From Pristiophorus japonicus (Eukaryota): DNA of 64,000 nucleotides. The notes beneath the pieces are model-generated. The model was given only the letters and a program-made list of their open reading frames with translations. It had not been told where the DNA came from and did not search any database. The stretch lies in assembly GCF_044704955.1 (NCBI RefSeq), contig NC_091984.1:179552001-179616000 (forward strand), given 5' to 3'. A program made the translations under genes and the position numbers. Numbering within the stretch: position 1 is the stretch's first letter; every line of letters begins with the position of its first letter. Shown piece by piece: positions 38,406-51,700 of this stretch.

Positions 38406-38915
38406 TGTAGATTTTCTGAATCTTTGCGACCCTTTTACTCCTGAGTCCAAACGATTCCACTTGACCGGTATTGGTGACAGTAATTTTATTTTATTCATTG
38501 TAAGTGAGACTTGGTGCATTACAACATCTGAGCGGTAATTAAACAAGGCGCAATCACATTTAAATTGCCCATAATGACCTGGGTGGAAACCTCGATCCTC
38601 ACGAGTCGACCCCAGGCGACCCTGGACTCGAAGCTCACTCATCCCCAGCGTGAGGCATGTGGTTCCTCCGCTGATCTGAATCCCCCCCCCCCCCCCTCAG
38701 TTCAGCTGGTGGATGTTGCCAAGCGCTTTGCCGAATGCCTCTCCAACCTCAATATCAGAGGGCCCCCTTTTTATATGCTTACTCTCATTCAAAACCCATG
38801 GAGTCCATCTGCAACCAATCACTGGCCAACACCCCAAAGCTAAAATCTAATCATAAAGATGCCATGTCCGCAGCACCATAACTTATACAGGTTCGAGTCT
38901 TATGATACCCTTACA
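38406..38915 (-). mobile_element. Possible solo LTR (antisense) upstream of the C exon
   Basis: TGTAG...CTTACA termini; on the - strand a TATA-like ATATAAAA (~38770) precedes AATAAA (~38490); no TSD found. Confidence 0.4.
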
Positions 38916-39135
38916 TCATCTGTTTTTGACCATCCAGAATTATATCTGAGATAGCCATGGCAACGCAAACAAAGTATGTCTCCAGAGTGTCCTTGTCGTT
39001 TGCCTATCGTAACATTCTTAGGCGTGTACAGTGCTACCGAGCTTTCAAACTTCGAAAAAGTAAAACGTTGAATTTCGACTTTTTACATTCAATTCAAAGT
39101 GGGTCTTCGCGGGTTATTTCTACTGTTCGTTCCAG

Positions 39136-39450
39136 ATCCACGGACCCCCGCAGTGGCCGTCCTTCCACCTTCATCGGATCAAATCGCAGCAAATAACATG
39201 GTGACCCTGGTGTGTTTGGTTTATCCCGGACGCTGCGGAGATTGAGTGGACTGTAGACCGTATTGTGAGAGGGATTGGTGTTGATACCAGTCGTATCCAG
39301 CAGGAGACGGACAACACGTTCAGTGGGACCAGTTATCTGATTCTGCCATCCTCAGAGTGGAACTCACACGAGCTTTACTCCTGTGTGGTTAAACACGAGA
39401 CTCAGGCAAACCCGCTTCGATCAAGCATCGCGAGATCCAGCGGTATCTGA
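39136..39450 (+). pseudogene. IGLC: Ig light-chain (lambda/type II) constant exon, frameshifted
   Basis: gttcgttccag|ATCCA: (N)PRTPAVAVLPPSSDQIAANNMVTLVCLV /deletion+fs ~39220/ AAEIEWTVDRIVRGIGVDTSRIQQETDNTFSGTSYLILPSSEWNSHELYSCVVKHETQANPLRSSIARSSGI*; ATTAAA at 39486. Confidence 0.95.
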
Positions 39451-40634
39451 TTCAAGAATCTGATGCAATCGTCTTTTATATCATTATTAAAATTTATTTG
39501 AACTAAGTTCGCTTTGAACGGCTAGATGTTTAATTTTAATTGCTGTATTTCAATTCATAGCAATAATTGTGCAGTTAGTGTGTTTGCTTGAATCCACTGG
39601 GTGTAATTAAGAGTGTGTTGACTCTGCAGTCATCACTTCTTCTCTATCAACAGGAATGCTGCAGAGTAATACAATTACTGTTATTCTGCCTTAGATTATG
39701 TCACTATTTTCTTCCTGTAATTATCTCCGAAATTTTTACAATTTTAAAACATCAAAATCGCGATTTTCAGTTTTTTTTCTGTAAATTTACATAAAACCGC
39801 CAAACTGTCTATCTCCCCCTTAAATATATTCAATGACCCAGCCTCCATAGCTCTCTGGAGCAGAGTATTCCATAGATTTACAACCCTCTGAGAGGAGAAA
39901 TTCCTCCTCATCTCAGTTTTAAATGGACAGCCCCTTATTCTGAGACTCTGGGGTTAGACTTCCCATTGTTTTTGCATGCATACCGCCCACTTAACTCCAT
40001 TTGAGGTGAAGTATAATGAGGTATAACGCTGAGATACCGCCCATTTAGCCATAAAATGGAAGCTAATGGCCATTTCTCGGTCATCTATCGTCCAACGTTA
40101 CTTTCGGCATGTATTAATGGCGATAAAAAAACTATACCGCCCGCCCACTTCTTTGGGGTGGAAACTTCAGAATTGGCGAACCCAAGACCCATAATATCAC
40201 CCAGCGTTTACTTTCAGCATGTAATTAACGCCGAGATTCAATAATGTCGCCCGCCCACGTTTTTTTGTCATAAGGATCAAATTTGCTGAAACTAACGCCC
40301 AGAATATCGCACAGCGTTATTTAAGCACTTCGTACACATATCGCCCTCAATCTCGCTTGCTGAAAAAAACGCTGTGAAAAAGTTGAACTGACCTGTACTC
40401 ATCACAGCGGTGTGGACGCCATTTTGTAAATCGCAGGTTGCTTCATTTAAAAGACTGCTTCAACTTCTGGGAAGTTTGGATGTACTCTGGATGTACTCTG
40501 GACTTCTTTAAAGATGATGTGACCATCTGAATAAACATCTTTATCATACTGTGGACGATTGGAACTTATTTAGGTGTCTTAGTAGGGACATTTATTGCTT
40601 GTGAACAATCGGTATTATACTGATAGTTATTGGA

Positions 40635-41852
40635 ATGGGGCCAGCCATTTCTCAGCCTGTCTTGATGACAATGCAGATGCTGCAGAGTAGAGATGGCAGA
40701 AAGTATAATCGACAGCATTATGTGCCCAATCTAAGTTGTGCCAGACTGATGAGAAGGACGAGACCATACACCCCCTGCACTTACAGGGAGAAGCGATCTT
40801 ACCTCAACTTATCTGAGAACACCTGCGTTTGGAGACTGCGCTTTCAGAAAGAGGTTATCAGTGAGATATGCCAGCTCATCAGGTCAGATCTGCAACCTGC
40901 CAACACCATCAGGACCGCACTGTCCGTCGAGCTCAAGGTCATTGCAGCACTTGTGTTCAATGCATCGGGTTCCTTTCAGGCCTCCGATGGTGACACTTGT
41001 GCTATATCTCAGCATGCCACACATTGTTGCATCAGACAGGTCACTAAAGCCCTGTACGCATGGATGATGGACTTTATCAGCTTCCCTATGACCACGAAGG
41101 CTCGGACTAAGAGGCCTCTAGGATTCTACCGAATTGCTAACTTTCCCAGGGTGCAGCGAGCAATAGACTGTATGCACATTGCCATGCAGGCACATTTTCA
41201 GGATGCAGAGCCTTTTTGGAACCGAAAAGGATTTCACTCCCTGAAGGTACAACTTGTGGCCGACCACAACCAGATAATTATGGCAGTGAATGCCAAATTT
41301 CCGGGCAGCATCGATGATGCTCACATTCTGCGTGATAGAGCTGTATCTGACATGTTTACCAGTCAGCCACAAGGTCAATACTGGATGATTGGTGACAACG
41401 GATATGGCCTCCCCACCTGGCTGATGACCCCCATGCATGACATCCACACCGAAGCCGAGAAGTGATACAGTGGGAGCCACAGAGCACACGTAATGTTGTC
41501 CAGAAAACCATTGGTGTGCTTAAGCAGCGCTTTAGATGCCTGAAGCACTCAGGAGGGAAACTAAAAATACCACCCTTATCAGGTAGCTCAATTCGTGGTC
41601 GTCTGCTCCATGCTGCACAACTTGGTTATCAGGAGGGGCCAAGAATTGACAGAAGTGGCTGATGATTCACCTCATGAGAGAGAGGAAGAGGAGGACGAGG
41701 AGATGGACGCTGCCCTCGACCCGGACAATCAGGCTGACTATGCAACCATGCCCACGCCCCCCTCCAGACCGCAGGAAAGGGCCCATGATAGCTACATGGC
41801 TGCAGGACTGTTATGTCAGCAGCTCATAAAAGCAGCTCAATACTTTGCCTGA
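40635..41852 (+). pseudogene. Harbinger DDE transposase (HARBI1-like), disrupted
   Basis: ASGSFQ, IDCMH, NRKGFHS, PGSIDDAHI, IGDNGY, R.VVQ.TIGVLKQRFRCL, VCSMLHN; stop at 41463 and frameshifts. Confidence 0.92.
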
Positions 41853-42278
41853 AAGAACATTGCTGTTATTTACAAGGCTGACACACTGCTGTGTGTGCAG
41901 CTCAGACATCAATAGTGGGCATCACCTAGGTGCCAGTTAAAGTTTAAGTTAACTCAAGTACAATTTAATTATACCCTGTCATGTTAATAAATCACCAGTG
42001 TGTCAAGGTGCAGCTATTTGAGACAATGCGCAACAAGGTTATGTTAAATAAAAAACATTTAATCCGACCATTTGTGTGAAATCATAAGTATAACTGTGAA
42101 AAACACCCCAACCCCACCACCCCACCCCACAACACATTTTATAACATTGACATAAATCAAATGGTCAAGATTTCCAGCAGCACGGAACACAAATGCAAAC
42201 CAACAAGGTGGCCATCTCCCCCCTTACCCCAGACCATACAACAAATTTGATACACAAGATGGAAATATTGCAAAGCCA

Positions 42279-44107
42279 TCACCTGTGGACATGCACCTCA
42301 CTGTCCTTCATCCTCCCCCACCCCTCCCCCACCCCTTCTCCCCACCTCTTCCCCTTCCCCTCCTGACTCCACGCCGCCTCACTGAGGAGCTCCTGAGACG
42401 CTGCCTCATTGGGGGGGATGAAGGCAGACCCAGTGGTTGCATGGATACAGGAGAGGAGAGTTACGAGGTGGGAACCTTCTCCAAGCCAGAAGCAAGATGT
42501 TCCTCCTGGCTCGCATGTGTCATTCGTAATGGGGGTGCGGCACCTTGGGGTGCAGTGCTGTGCTGCGGGACCACTGCCACCAGTGTTCCTGGCTATCACC
42601 TCCAGGGCCTCCACCATCCGTGGAACATACTCCGCCATGGTGCCGGACATGCTGGCCAGCTGTCAGGATATGCCCCCCATTTTCTGGAGTATCTGCTGAC
42701 CTATGTCAACACTCCTCCTGGACAAGTCTACCATGTCGCCGCTCAGACCTGCTGCTCGTGGAGCAGACCTGCCGCATCTAAAAAAACCTTCACGGGGTCG
42801 ACGCCATTCTGGGGACACCTGGGGTGTCCTATGGCGAGGTACTTGGGCCCGGTACCTCCACAGTCGAGGTGTGACTGGCTGCAGGAGCACCAGATGGCGT
42901 TGAGGTCGAATTCGTTCTGGACCCTGGCGATGCAGGCTCCTCAAAGTCCGCATTTTCATCCGGAGAGAATGGACCCAGCAGATTCATGAGCAGGAATCCT
43001 TGCTCCTCAGCACCAGATGGAGGATCGTCCGGTGAGTCCGGCCCCACGCCCTCAGCTTCTGAGATTGGTGGTCTTGCCTGGGGACGCGCTGCTGGCTGAG
43101 CTGCAAAACACAAATGAGGCTATTAGAGGGGAAGGGGGGCTAGGGTCACAAGGTGATTACATCGCTACACAAAGCATATGCATGATAAAAGCACCACCGC
43201 TATCAAAATCATCACAGACATCACATTCCATGACCATCAACACATTCTGCATTGCAATGATTCTCATGAAGTCAGCATTATTTCGAGAACACTTTTAGCA
43301 ATCATCTATCTTACATTATTGTTCGGATATGAATGGGTGTGGCATCTATTGACTTTACATCATGCAATGATGTATACTTTGCTCACGTGGCATCACTTCA
43401 GGTTCTGCAGCTGCTTGTGTGGGCAACAGGGGGTGGATCCCCACTAGTGCCAGCACCCGCTCCTCGATATCAGTAATGTTGATGATGACTGGTGGCTGCC
43501 CACCCATTCGCCTCTGCTCGGCCCTATTCTTTGAAACCTTCTTCTGTAAAAGGTAACAACAGGACGACATGGCATGAGATCATTGCGTGATATCATTGCT
43601 AGGTACTGTCACAGAGACTGAGACAACACATAAGTGACAGATGTAATCATGATTATTATGATAATTATCATTCTTTACCTAAACATGTACACCATGAATG
43701 CAGGCTTGGAGTACAACATTCTCGGTAAAAGTGAAAGACCTCACATTTGATTTTAAACATTCATTGCACTTACAAATCAAATTATATAAATTTAGAAGTA
43801 CATGTTAGTAAATGTAATACTTACTCTTGCAAAACCAACAAGGTCGTTCCATCGCTTTCGGCATTGGTTGCCTTTATGCACCTCGCTGGTCATCGACGAA
43901 ACCACCTCGGCTATCTCGGCCTATATCTTCTGGTAGGCCTTTGGGGTGGGCTTTCCATACCCAACCTGTGTCAGTTCACCCCAGCGTGACTTGACCTCCT
44001 GCATGAGGGAGGCATTTGCCTCGTCCGAGAAACTCCTCACTCTCATTCGCCCTCTCAATTGTTCCTCTCCCAGCTTACTGCTCTCACCAGCGTCCGGCTC
44101 CACAGCG
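42279..44107 (-). pseudogene. Harbinger Myb/SANT-like DNA-binding protein gene, 3 exons, disrupted
   Basis: Exon 1 (to 43825) 'RSFSDEANASLMQEV..RW..L....*AEIA..VS.....QCRKRWNDL'; exon 2 43543-43387 'KKVSKNRAEQRRMGG...'; exon 3 from 43100; GT-AG sites read at each boundary. Confidence 0.8.
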
Positions 44108-44572
44108 TCCTTAAATATGGAGACCAAAACTGTACACAGTACTTTAGGTGTGGCCTCACCAATACCCTGTACAGTTGTAGCAGGACTTCTCTGCTTTTAT
44201 ACTCTATCCCCCTTGCAATAAAGGCCAACATTCCATTTGCCTTCCTGATTACTGGCTGTACCTGCATACTAACTTGTTGTGTTTCACATAAAAGGATCCC
44301 CGGATCCCTCTGTACTGCAGCACTTTGCAATTTATCTCCATTTAAATTATAATTTGCTTTTCTATTTTTCTATTTTTTGTGCCAAAGTGCCAAGCTCACA
44401 TTTTCCTACATTATACTCCAATGTCGGAAATATTTGCCCACTCACTTAAACTGTCTATATCGCTTTGTAGATTGTTTGTGTCCTCCTCACAATTTGCTTT
44501 CCCACCCATCTTTGTATCATCAGCAAACTTGGCTACATTACACTCAGTCCTTTCATTCAAGTCATTAATATA

Positions 44573-45137
44573 CAGGCAACTCTGAATTATCCGTACACGG
44601 ATCTAACAGAGAACCCGCTGCAACGGCACTTTTAAAAACTGTGGTAGTGTCCCGTGTACACACAGTCCTGCGCTGATCACTTTCTGCACCTGTCCGCCAC
44701 TGAGGCTACCGCCCAGCCTCGGGGGTAAGTAAAGCCGAGTCTCATTCGACCTCCAGCAGTTGAAGCCTTTACGCTGGCCATTTCACCTTTCAGCCTCGCT
44801 GATGGGCCTGATCGCGGCACTAGCGGGGAATGAGCTCGGGTTTCTAGGCAAGATCTGGGGACCCTGTATGCTGGCACCATCCGGCTTGTCTGTGCTCTTT
44901 CTCCACCGACTGATGACTGCCAAAGGATTGGGGATTAGGCTCATCGAGTTGGTGTTCGAACTAGTTTCAACATTGATTTGAGGGAGTGGTCGTTGACTCC
45001 AGCAATTTAATCGAGCATCAAGTTATAAATTTGGGACCCAAACATTCTCGCCAAGTATGTGTACTCGCCCTAGCGGAAAAATCATTTACCCGGAATAACC
45101 CGTTCCCCGAGAGACCTGGATAATCGAGAGTTGCCTG
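44573..45137. mobile_element. Tc1/mariner (Tigger/pogo-like) MITE
   Basis: TIRs caggcaactctgaattatcc / ggataatcgagagttgcctg; TA TSD on both sides; CR1 host continues ttaataTA^gattgtaaatag. Confidence 0.9.
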
Positions 45138-47010
45138 TAGATTGTAAATAGTTGAGGCCCCAGCACTGATCCCTGTGGCACCGCACTAATTTATGTTTGC
45201 CAACTGGAAAATGACCCATTTATCCGGACTCTCTGTTTTCTGTTAGTTAGCCAATCTTCTGTCAATGCTGATATATTACCCCGAATTTTATGAACTTTTA
45301 CCTTGTGCAGTAATCTTTTATGTGGCACCTTATCGAATGCCTTCTGGAAATCCAAATTCACCACATTCACTGGTCCCGCCCACCCCCCCCCCCCCCCCCA
45401 CCATGCTGACTCTCCTTGACTGAATTATGCTTTTCCAAGTGTCCCGCTTTTTTAATAATGGACGCCAGCATTTTCCCAATGACAGATCTTAGGCTAATTG
45501 GTCTATAGATTCTTGCTTTTTGTCTGCCTCCTCTTTTAAACAGAGGCGTTTCATTTGCGGTTTTCTAATCTGCTGCGACCACCCCAGAATCCAGGGAATT
45601 TTGGTAGATTACAATGAATGCAGCCAGTATCTCTGCAACCACTTCTTTTGAGATCCAAGGATGGGCGCCATCAGCTCCAGATGACTTGTCCGCCTTTAGT
45701 CCCATTATTTCACCGAGTACTACTTCTTTAGTGATACTCCCTATAGCCCCTTGATTACCACTATTGGGATGCTTTTAGTGTCTTCTACCATGGAGACCAA
45801 AACAAAATATTTGTTCATAGTCTCTGCCATTTCCCTGTTCCCCATTATTAATTCCCCAGTCTCATCTCTAGAGGACCACCATTTACTTTAGCCAGCCTTA
45901 TCCTTTTTATGTACCTGTAGAAACTCTTACTATCTGCTTTTATATTTCGTGCTAGTTTACTTTCCTAATCTATCTTCCCTCTCATTTTTTTTGTCATTCT
46001 TTGCTGGTTTTTAAAAGTTTCGCAATCCTCTGGCCTCCCACGAGTCTTGGCCGCAATGTATGCCCTTATTTTGAATTTGATACCATCCCTTATTTCCTTA
46101 GTTATCCACGAATGGTTATCCTTTCTCTTACAGTCTTTCCTTCTGATTGGGATATATTTGTGTTGCGAGTTATGAAATATCTCCTTAAATATCTGCCATT
46201 GCTCATCAACTGTCCCTTACTTTAATCTAATTTCCCCATCTACTTTAGCCAACTCTGCCTTCATACGTTTGTAGTCTCCTTTATTTAAGCTTAGTACACT
46301 GGCTTGAGATCTAACTTTTTCACACTCCAAATGAATTTGAAATTCAATCATGTTATGGTCACTCATTCCTAGAGGATCCTTTACTAGGAGATCATTTATT
46401 AATCCTATCTCATGTCACAATCCTAGTTCTAAGATAGCCTGCTCCCTGGTTGATTCCACAACGTACTGTTCAAGGAAACTATCCCAGATAGACACTTTGA
46501 ACTCTTCCTCAAAGCTACCCTGGCCAATTTGCTTTGTCCAATGAATATGAAGGTTAAAATCGCCCATGATTATTGCCGTTCCTGTTTTACAAAACTCAAT
46601 TATTTCTTGATTTATACTGCGTCCAATAGTGTAGCTATTGTTCAGGGGCTGATAGACTACGCCCCCTACGCCCCCTTATTATTCCTTATGTCCACCGAAA
46701 CTGATTCAACATATTGATCTTCTGAGCCAATATCGTTTCCCACTAACACACTGATCTTATCCTTTATTAACACTGCTACACCACCTTCTTTTCCTTTCTG
46801 TCTGTCCTTCCGAATTATAAACTACCCCTGAATATTTAGTTCCCAGTCCTGGTCACCTTGTATTCATCATGTATTCATGTGAAACATCCACATGCTAGAG
46901 AGTATTTTGAACCCATTTTCTTTGCATACACGAAGAGTATAAAGTTCCCTTTTGTGTAAAAAGGTTAACGAAAGTAAAAGGTGTCTCCTTTCTGACCAAA
47001 GTTGTCACTG

Positions 47011-47612
47011 TGGAGTGTTCGGAGGTGTGCATCGAAAATGGCTAAGCTTGGCTAGCTGGACAGGAGCAGAATGCATTATGCCTCTTGATTATCCAGTATT
47101 GGGAATTAGTACGGTTGCTAGGGGACAAACTCGTTTAGGGATAAAGGAAAGCACAACAAGGAGCTAATCACAGCACGTAAGAAAACAGGCTTAGGAGATC
47201 TTAACTTAAGAGAACTTGAACCATCTCGTACAAATAAGGTTAGAGCAAGGAAGACAAAGTTCACGGTTTACAAGGAGGTCAACGGGCAGAACTACTGCAA
47301 CTCAAATTCAGCTATGCCTGTATGCTAATCTGTATAAAGATAACATGTTCAGCCACAGGATAGCAAACTGCCATGAATGGTATCGTTTGTATTTACCAAA
47401 TAGATATGTTACTTTTGAATAATATAGACATATATCACTCACTTCTAGTTTTAATCTGCTGTCAAATCTCAATAAACACCTGTCAATGTATCACTTACTC
47501 ATGGGTCTTAGAATCTGTTTGTTACTATTTACACAACTGTTTTGGTGACATGTGGCAGGATCCTAAGTGGTAGCTATTTGACCAGCATCTCACTTGATAG
47601 AGACTGTTCACA
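47011..47612 (+). mobile_element. Putative ~600-bp solo LTR
   Basis: TG...CA termini flanked by a 4-bp direct repeat ACTG (47007-47010 / 47613-47616); TATAAA ~47333 and AATAAA ~47471. Confidence 0.55.
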
Positions 47613-48779
47613 ACTGAGTACTTGAGATAATTCAGGAATACAAATTGAAGTTGAAGTTAATAGAAAGTAGAAGCAATAGAGAATTTAGAAGAATATGTAC
47701 ACAAATACACAAGACGCTACTGGCCTTCTGATGGTAGTGGAGTTGATGGGGAGCATCGATGTGTCTGAGCAAGTTGATCCAGGTGCTAGAGGAAGAATTC
47801 TTTAGTGCCGGAAATAAGTATACGAATAATACCAAAGCAGAGGTGGTGCAAGGTTTGTTTGCCATTGCTAAGGCCGTTACAGACGAGAATACGAAACCAA
47901 GAAATAGTATAAAAGAATAGAAGGATGGTTGCAAGGAGTGTGTGTAATGCATTGAAAATTGTAACATGCAGACGATATAAAACAAATCACGTCATCGATG
48001 GTTTGGTCAATTCAAAAGACAGATATTTTGTAATTATTGGAATTACAGCAATTAGAACGTTCATGGAATTGACTGCATGGAATTTACAGCGGGCTATTTT
48101 CGAGTTTGTGTCCTGCTCTAAACATCAAACCTAAACGTGTCACCTCTCTACCCTTTCTGTCCATCAGCGGAAGATCTAAATTGATCTGAAACACATTTGT
48201 GAATGTTACATCATGACACCTGTGTACCAAGTTCAGATAGTGCGAGGATTATTACTTTTGCCAATACTTATGCCAATTTTGCCTGAAAGCCCAGAAATTC
48301 TGCAACTCATTTTTGGTGCAAATAATTCAAGAAAACTGCAGAATTGTGGCAGCAAGGGAAGATTCATGGGCTGTTAACATGCTAAATTTTCATAACAGCA
48401 TCTGTGTTTCGGGTGAGTGCATTCCATCCATTGGCCATTCTACAGATAGAGCGCAGAAGCGTGCTAATGGGAAAATAGTTTCCTCGCGGGACTGACACTT
48501 TGCTTCAAATGGGCGCTGACTGATTTAACAGAAACTTTATTTTTTTTTAGTTTATTAAATTACTAATGAAGACGATTTGAATTTATTTTCACTTTCCACA
48601 AAGCTGAAATAGCGCGAGTCTCAATGAATAATAATTAGTTGTTTAAATGTGTGATAAAGGATGCTAACATTTAATTGTATTTTTCTTTAAAAAAAACATT
48701 CTTCTTGAATAAAGTAAATGATTAATATTGCTAAATACGCGGTGCGGCTGTGGTTACAAATTCGAAGGAACGAATCATC

Positions 48780-51700
48780 AGAGATAAAAACAGAACATGC
48801 TGGAAACTTCAGCGGGTCAGGCAGCATCTATGGAGAGAAGCATAAGTCAACGTTTTGGGTCTGTGAGCCATCGTCAGAACTGGAAACATTCAAAATGTAA
48901 CAGATTGTTAAGGGAGTGCAAAATGCCCTGAAAGGCGAGGGGAGTGAAGACTGTGATAGGGTGGAAGACAGGAGTGATTTGAGAGACAAAAGGGATGAAG
49001 GCCAAATTGAGATGCTATTGGCACAAGTTAAGAAACAAAAGATGAGTCTAGATGGGGTGTGAATGGCAGAATAATTACCAGCAACCATGGGAAAGAAAGA
49101 AAAAATAAATAAAAATGGGACATTTTGTAAAAATAAAAGGGAAGAAAAGGAACAAAATATGGTCAGAAGTTATGGTCAGAATTGTTGTAATCCAGAAGGC
49201 TGAAAAGGGCCGAACCAAAATGCTGTTCCTCAAGCTTGCATTGAGCTTAATTGGAACAGTGTAGGACGCCGAGGACGGAGAGGTCAGAGTGGGAGTGGAG
49301 AATTAAAGTGACAGGTGATCAGAAACTCGTGATCATGCTTACCGACTGAACAAAGGTGTTCTGCGAAGCGGTCACCCAATCTGCGTTTTCTCTATCCAAT
49401 GTCTGAGGGGGAGTGTTTGCTAGTGCTGTTGGGGAGGAGTTAAACTAATATGGCAGGAGGGTGGGAACCAATGCAGGGAGACCGAGGGAAACAAAATGGA
49501 GACAAAAGCAAAAGACAGAAAGGAGATGAGTAAAAGTGGAGGGCAGAGAAACCCAAGGCAAAAAACAAAAAGGGCCACTGTACAGCAAAATTCTAAAGGG
49601 TCAAAGTGTAATAAAAAGGCAACCATGAAAGCTCGGTGCCTCAATTCAAGGAGTATTTGGAACACAGGAGAGGGCTCTGAGCTAGTTAGAGTGGGTGAGA
49701 GCTCAGATGAACAGGACCCCAAGAAAGAATGCAAGAGGCAGGACGCAACAGAGCAGAGTAGCACTGGGGTAAGTGTAAACAACAAGGTGATAGGAAGGGA
49801 CAATATGTATGAATATAAAGGGGCTGCAGGAGGGGTCAAAACTAAAAATCATGGTTTAAAAACTAGTTTTAAAACACTCTACCTAAACGCACGCAGCATT
49901 CGAAACAAAGTAAATGAGTTGATGGCACAAATCATTACAAATGGGTATGATTTGGTGGCCATTACAAAAACGTGGTTGCAGTGTGGCCAAGAATGGGAAT
50001 TAAACATACAGGGGTATCTGACAATTCGGAAAGATAGACAAGGGAAAGGAGGTGGGGTAGCTCTGTTAATAAAAGATGATATCAGGGCAGTTGTGAGAGA
50101 CGATATTGGCTCTAATGAACAAAATGTTGAATCATTGTGGGTGAAGATTAGAGATAGTAAGGGGAAAAAGTCACTGGTGGGCATAGTTTATAGGCCACCA
50201 AATAATAACTTCATGGTGGGGTGGGCAATAATCAAGGGAATAATGGAGGCATGTGAAAAAGGAACGGCAGTAATCATGAGGGATTTTAACCTAGATATCA
50301 ATTGGTCAAATCAAATCGCACGGGGTAGCCTTGAGGAGGAATTCATAGAATGCATACGGGATTGTTTCTTAGAACAGTATGTTACAGAACCTACAAGGCA
50401 GCAAGCTATCTTAGATCTGGTCCTGTGTAATGAGACAGGAATAATAAACGATCTCCAAGTAAAAGATCCTCTCGGAATGAGTGATCACAGCATAGTTGAA
50501 TTTGTAATACAGATTGAGGGTGAGGAAGTAGTGTCTCAAACGAGCGTACTATGCTTAAACAAAGGGGGCTAGAGTGGGATGAGGGCAGAGTTGGCTAAAG
50601 TAGACTGGCAACACAGACTAAACGGTGGCACAATTGAGGAACAGTGGAGGACCTTTAAGGAGGTCTTTCATAGTGCTCAACAAAAATATATTCCAGTGAA
50701 AAAAAAGGGCGGTAAGAGAAGGGATAACCAGCTGTGGATAACCAAGGAAATAAAGGAGAGTATCAAATTAAAAACCAATGCAATAAGGTGGCCAAGGTTA
50801 GTGGGAAACTAGCAGATTGGGAAAATTTTAAACGACAGCAAAGAATGACTAAGAAAGCAATAAAGAAAGGAAAGATAGATTACGAAGGTAAACTTGCGTA
50901 AAACATAAAAACAGATAGTAAAAGCTTTTACCGATATATAAAACGGAAAAGAGTGACTAAAGTAAATGTTGGTCCCTTAGAAGATGAGAAGGGGGATTTA
51001 ATAATGGGAAATGTGGAAATGGCTGAGACCTTAAACAATTATTTTGCTTCGGTCTTCACAGTGGAAGACACAAAAACCATGCCACAAATTGCTGGTCACG
51101 GGAATATGGGAAGGGAGGACCTTGAGATAATCACTGTCACTAGGGGGGTAGTGCTGGACAGGCTAATGGGACTCAATGTAGACAAGTCCCCTGGTCCTGA
51201 TGATATGCATCCCAGGGTATTAAAAGAGATGGCGGAAGTTATAGCAGATGCATTCGTTATAATCTACCAAAATTCTTTGGAATCTGGGGAGGTACCAGCG
51301 GATTGGAAAGCAGCTAATGTAACGCCTCTGTTTAAAAAAGGGGGCAGAAAAAAGGCAGGTAACTATAGGCCAGTGAGTTTAACATCTGTAGTGGGGAAAA
51401 TGCTTGAAGCTATCATTAAGAAAGAAATAGCGGGACATCTAGATAGGAATAGCACAATCAAGCAGACGCAACATGGATTCATGAAGGGGAAATCATGTTT
51501 AACTAATTTACTGGAATTCTTTGAAGATATAACGAGCATGGTGGATAGAGGTGTACCGATGGATGTGGTGTATTTAGATTTCCAAAAGGCATTCGATAAG
51601 GTGCCACACAAAAGGTTACTGCAGAAGATAAAGGTACGTGGAGTCAGAGGAAATGTATTAGCATGGATAGAGAATTGGCTAGCTAACAGAAAGCAGAGAG

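Larger units (their letters stand above)
39950..44107. mobile_element. PIF/Harbinger DNA transposon (transposase + Myb/SANT gene, convergent), right end deleted
   Basis: Left end ggggttagacttccca with subterminal cgccca repeats; two convergent genes; no right TIR. Confidence 0.9.
39802..46862 (-). mobile_element. Decayed CR1 LINE hosting the Harbinger (39950-44107) and a Tc1/mariner MITE (44573-45137)
   Basis: 3' part at 39802-39949; body resumes at 44108 (ORF 44055-44330 'RPHLKYCVQFWSPYLR') and runs to APE-region sequence at ~46860. Confidence 0.88.

Noticed and set aside
40635-41852. Domesticated HARBI1 gene or RAG-like transposon next to Ig genes
   Set aside because: Has stops and frameshifts, a TIR and a Myb partner, so it is an ordinary decayed Harbinger; no RAG1/RAG2 motifs or RSS-like TIRs.
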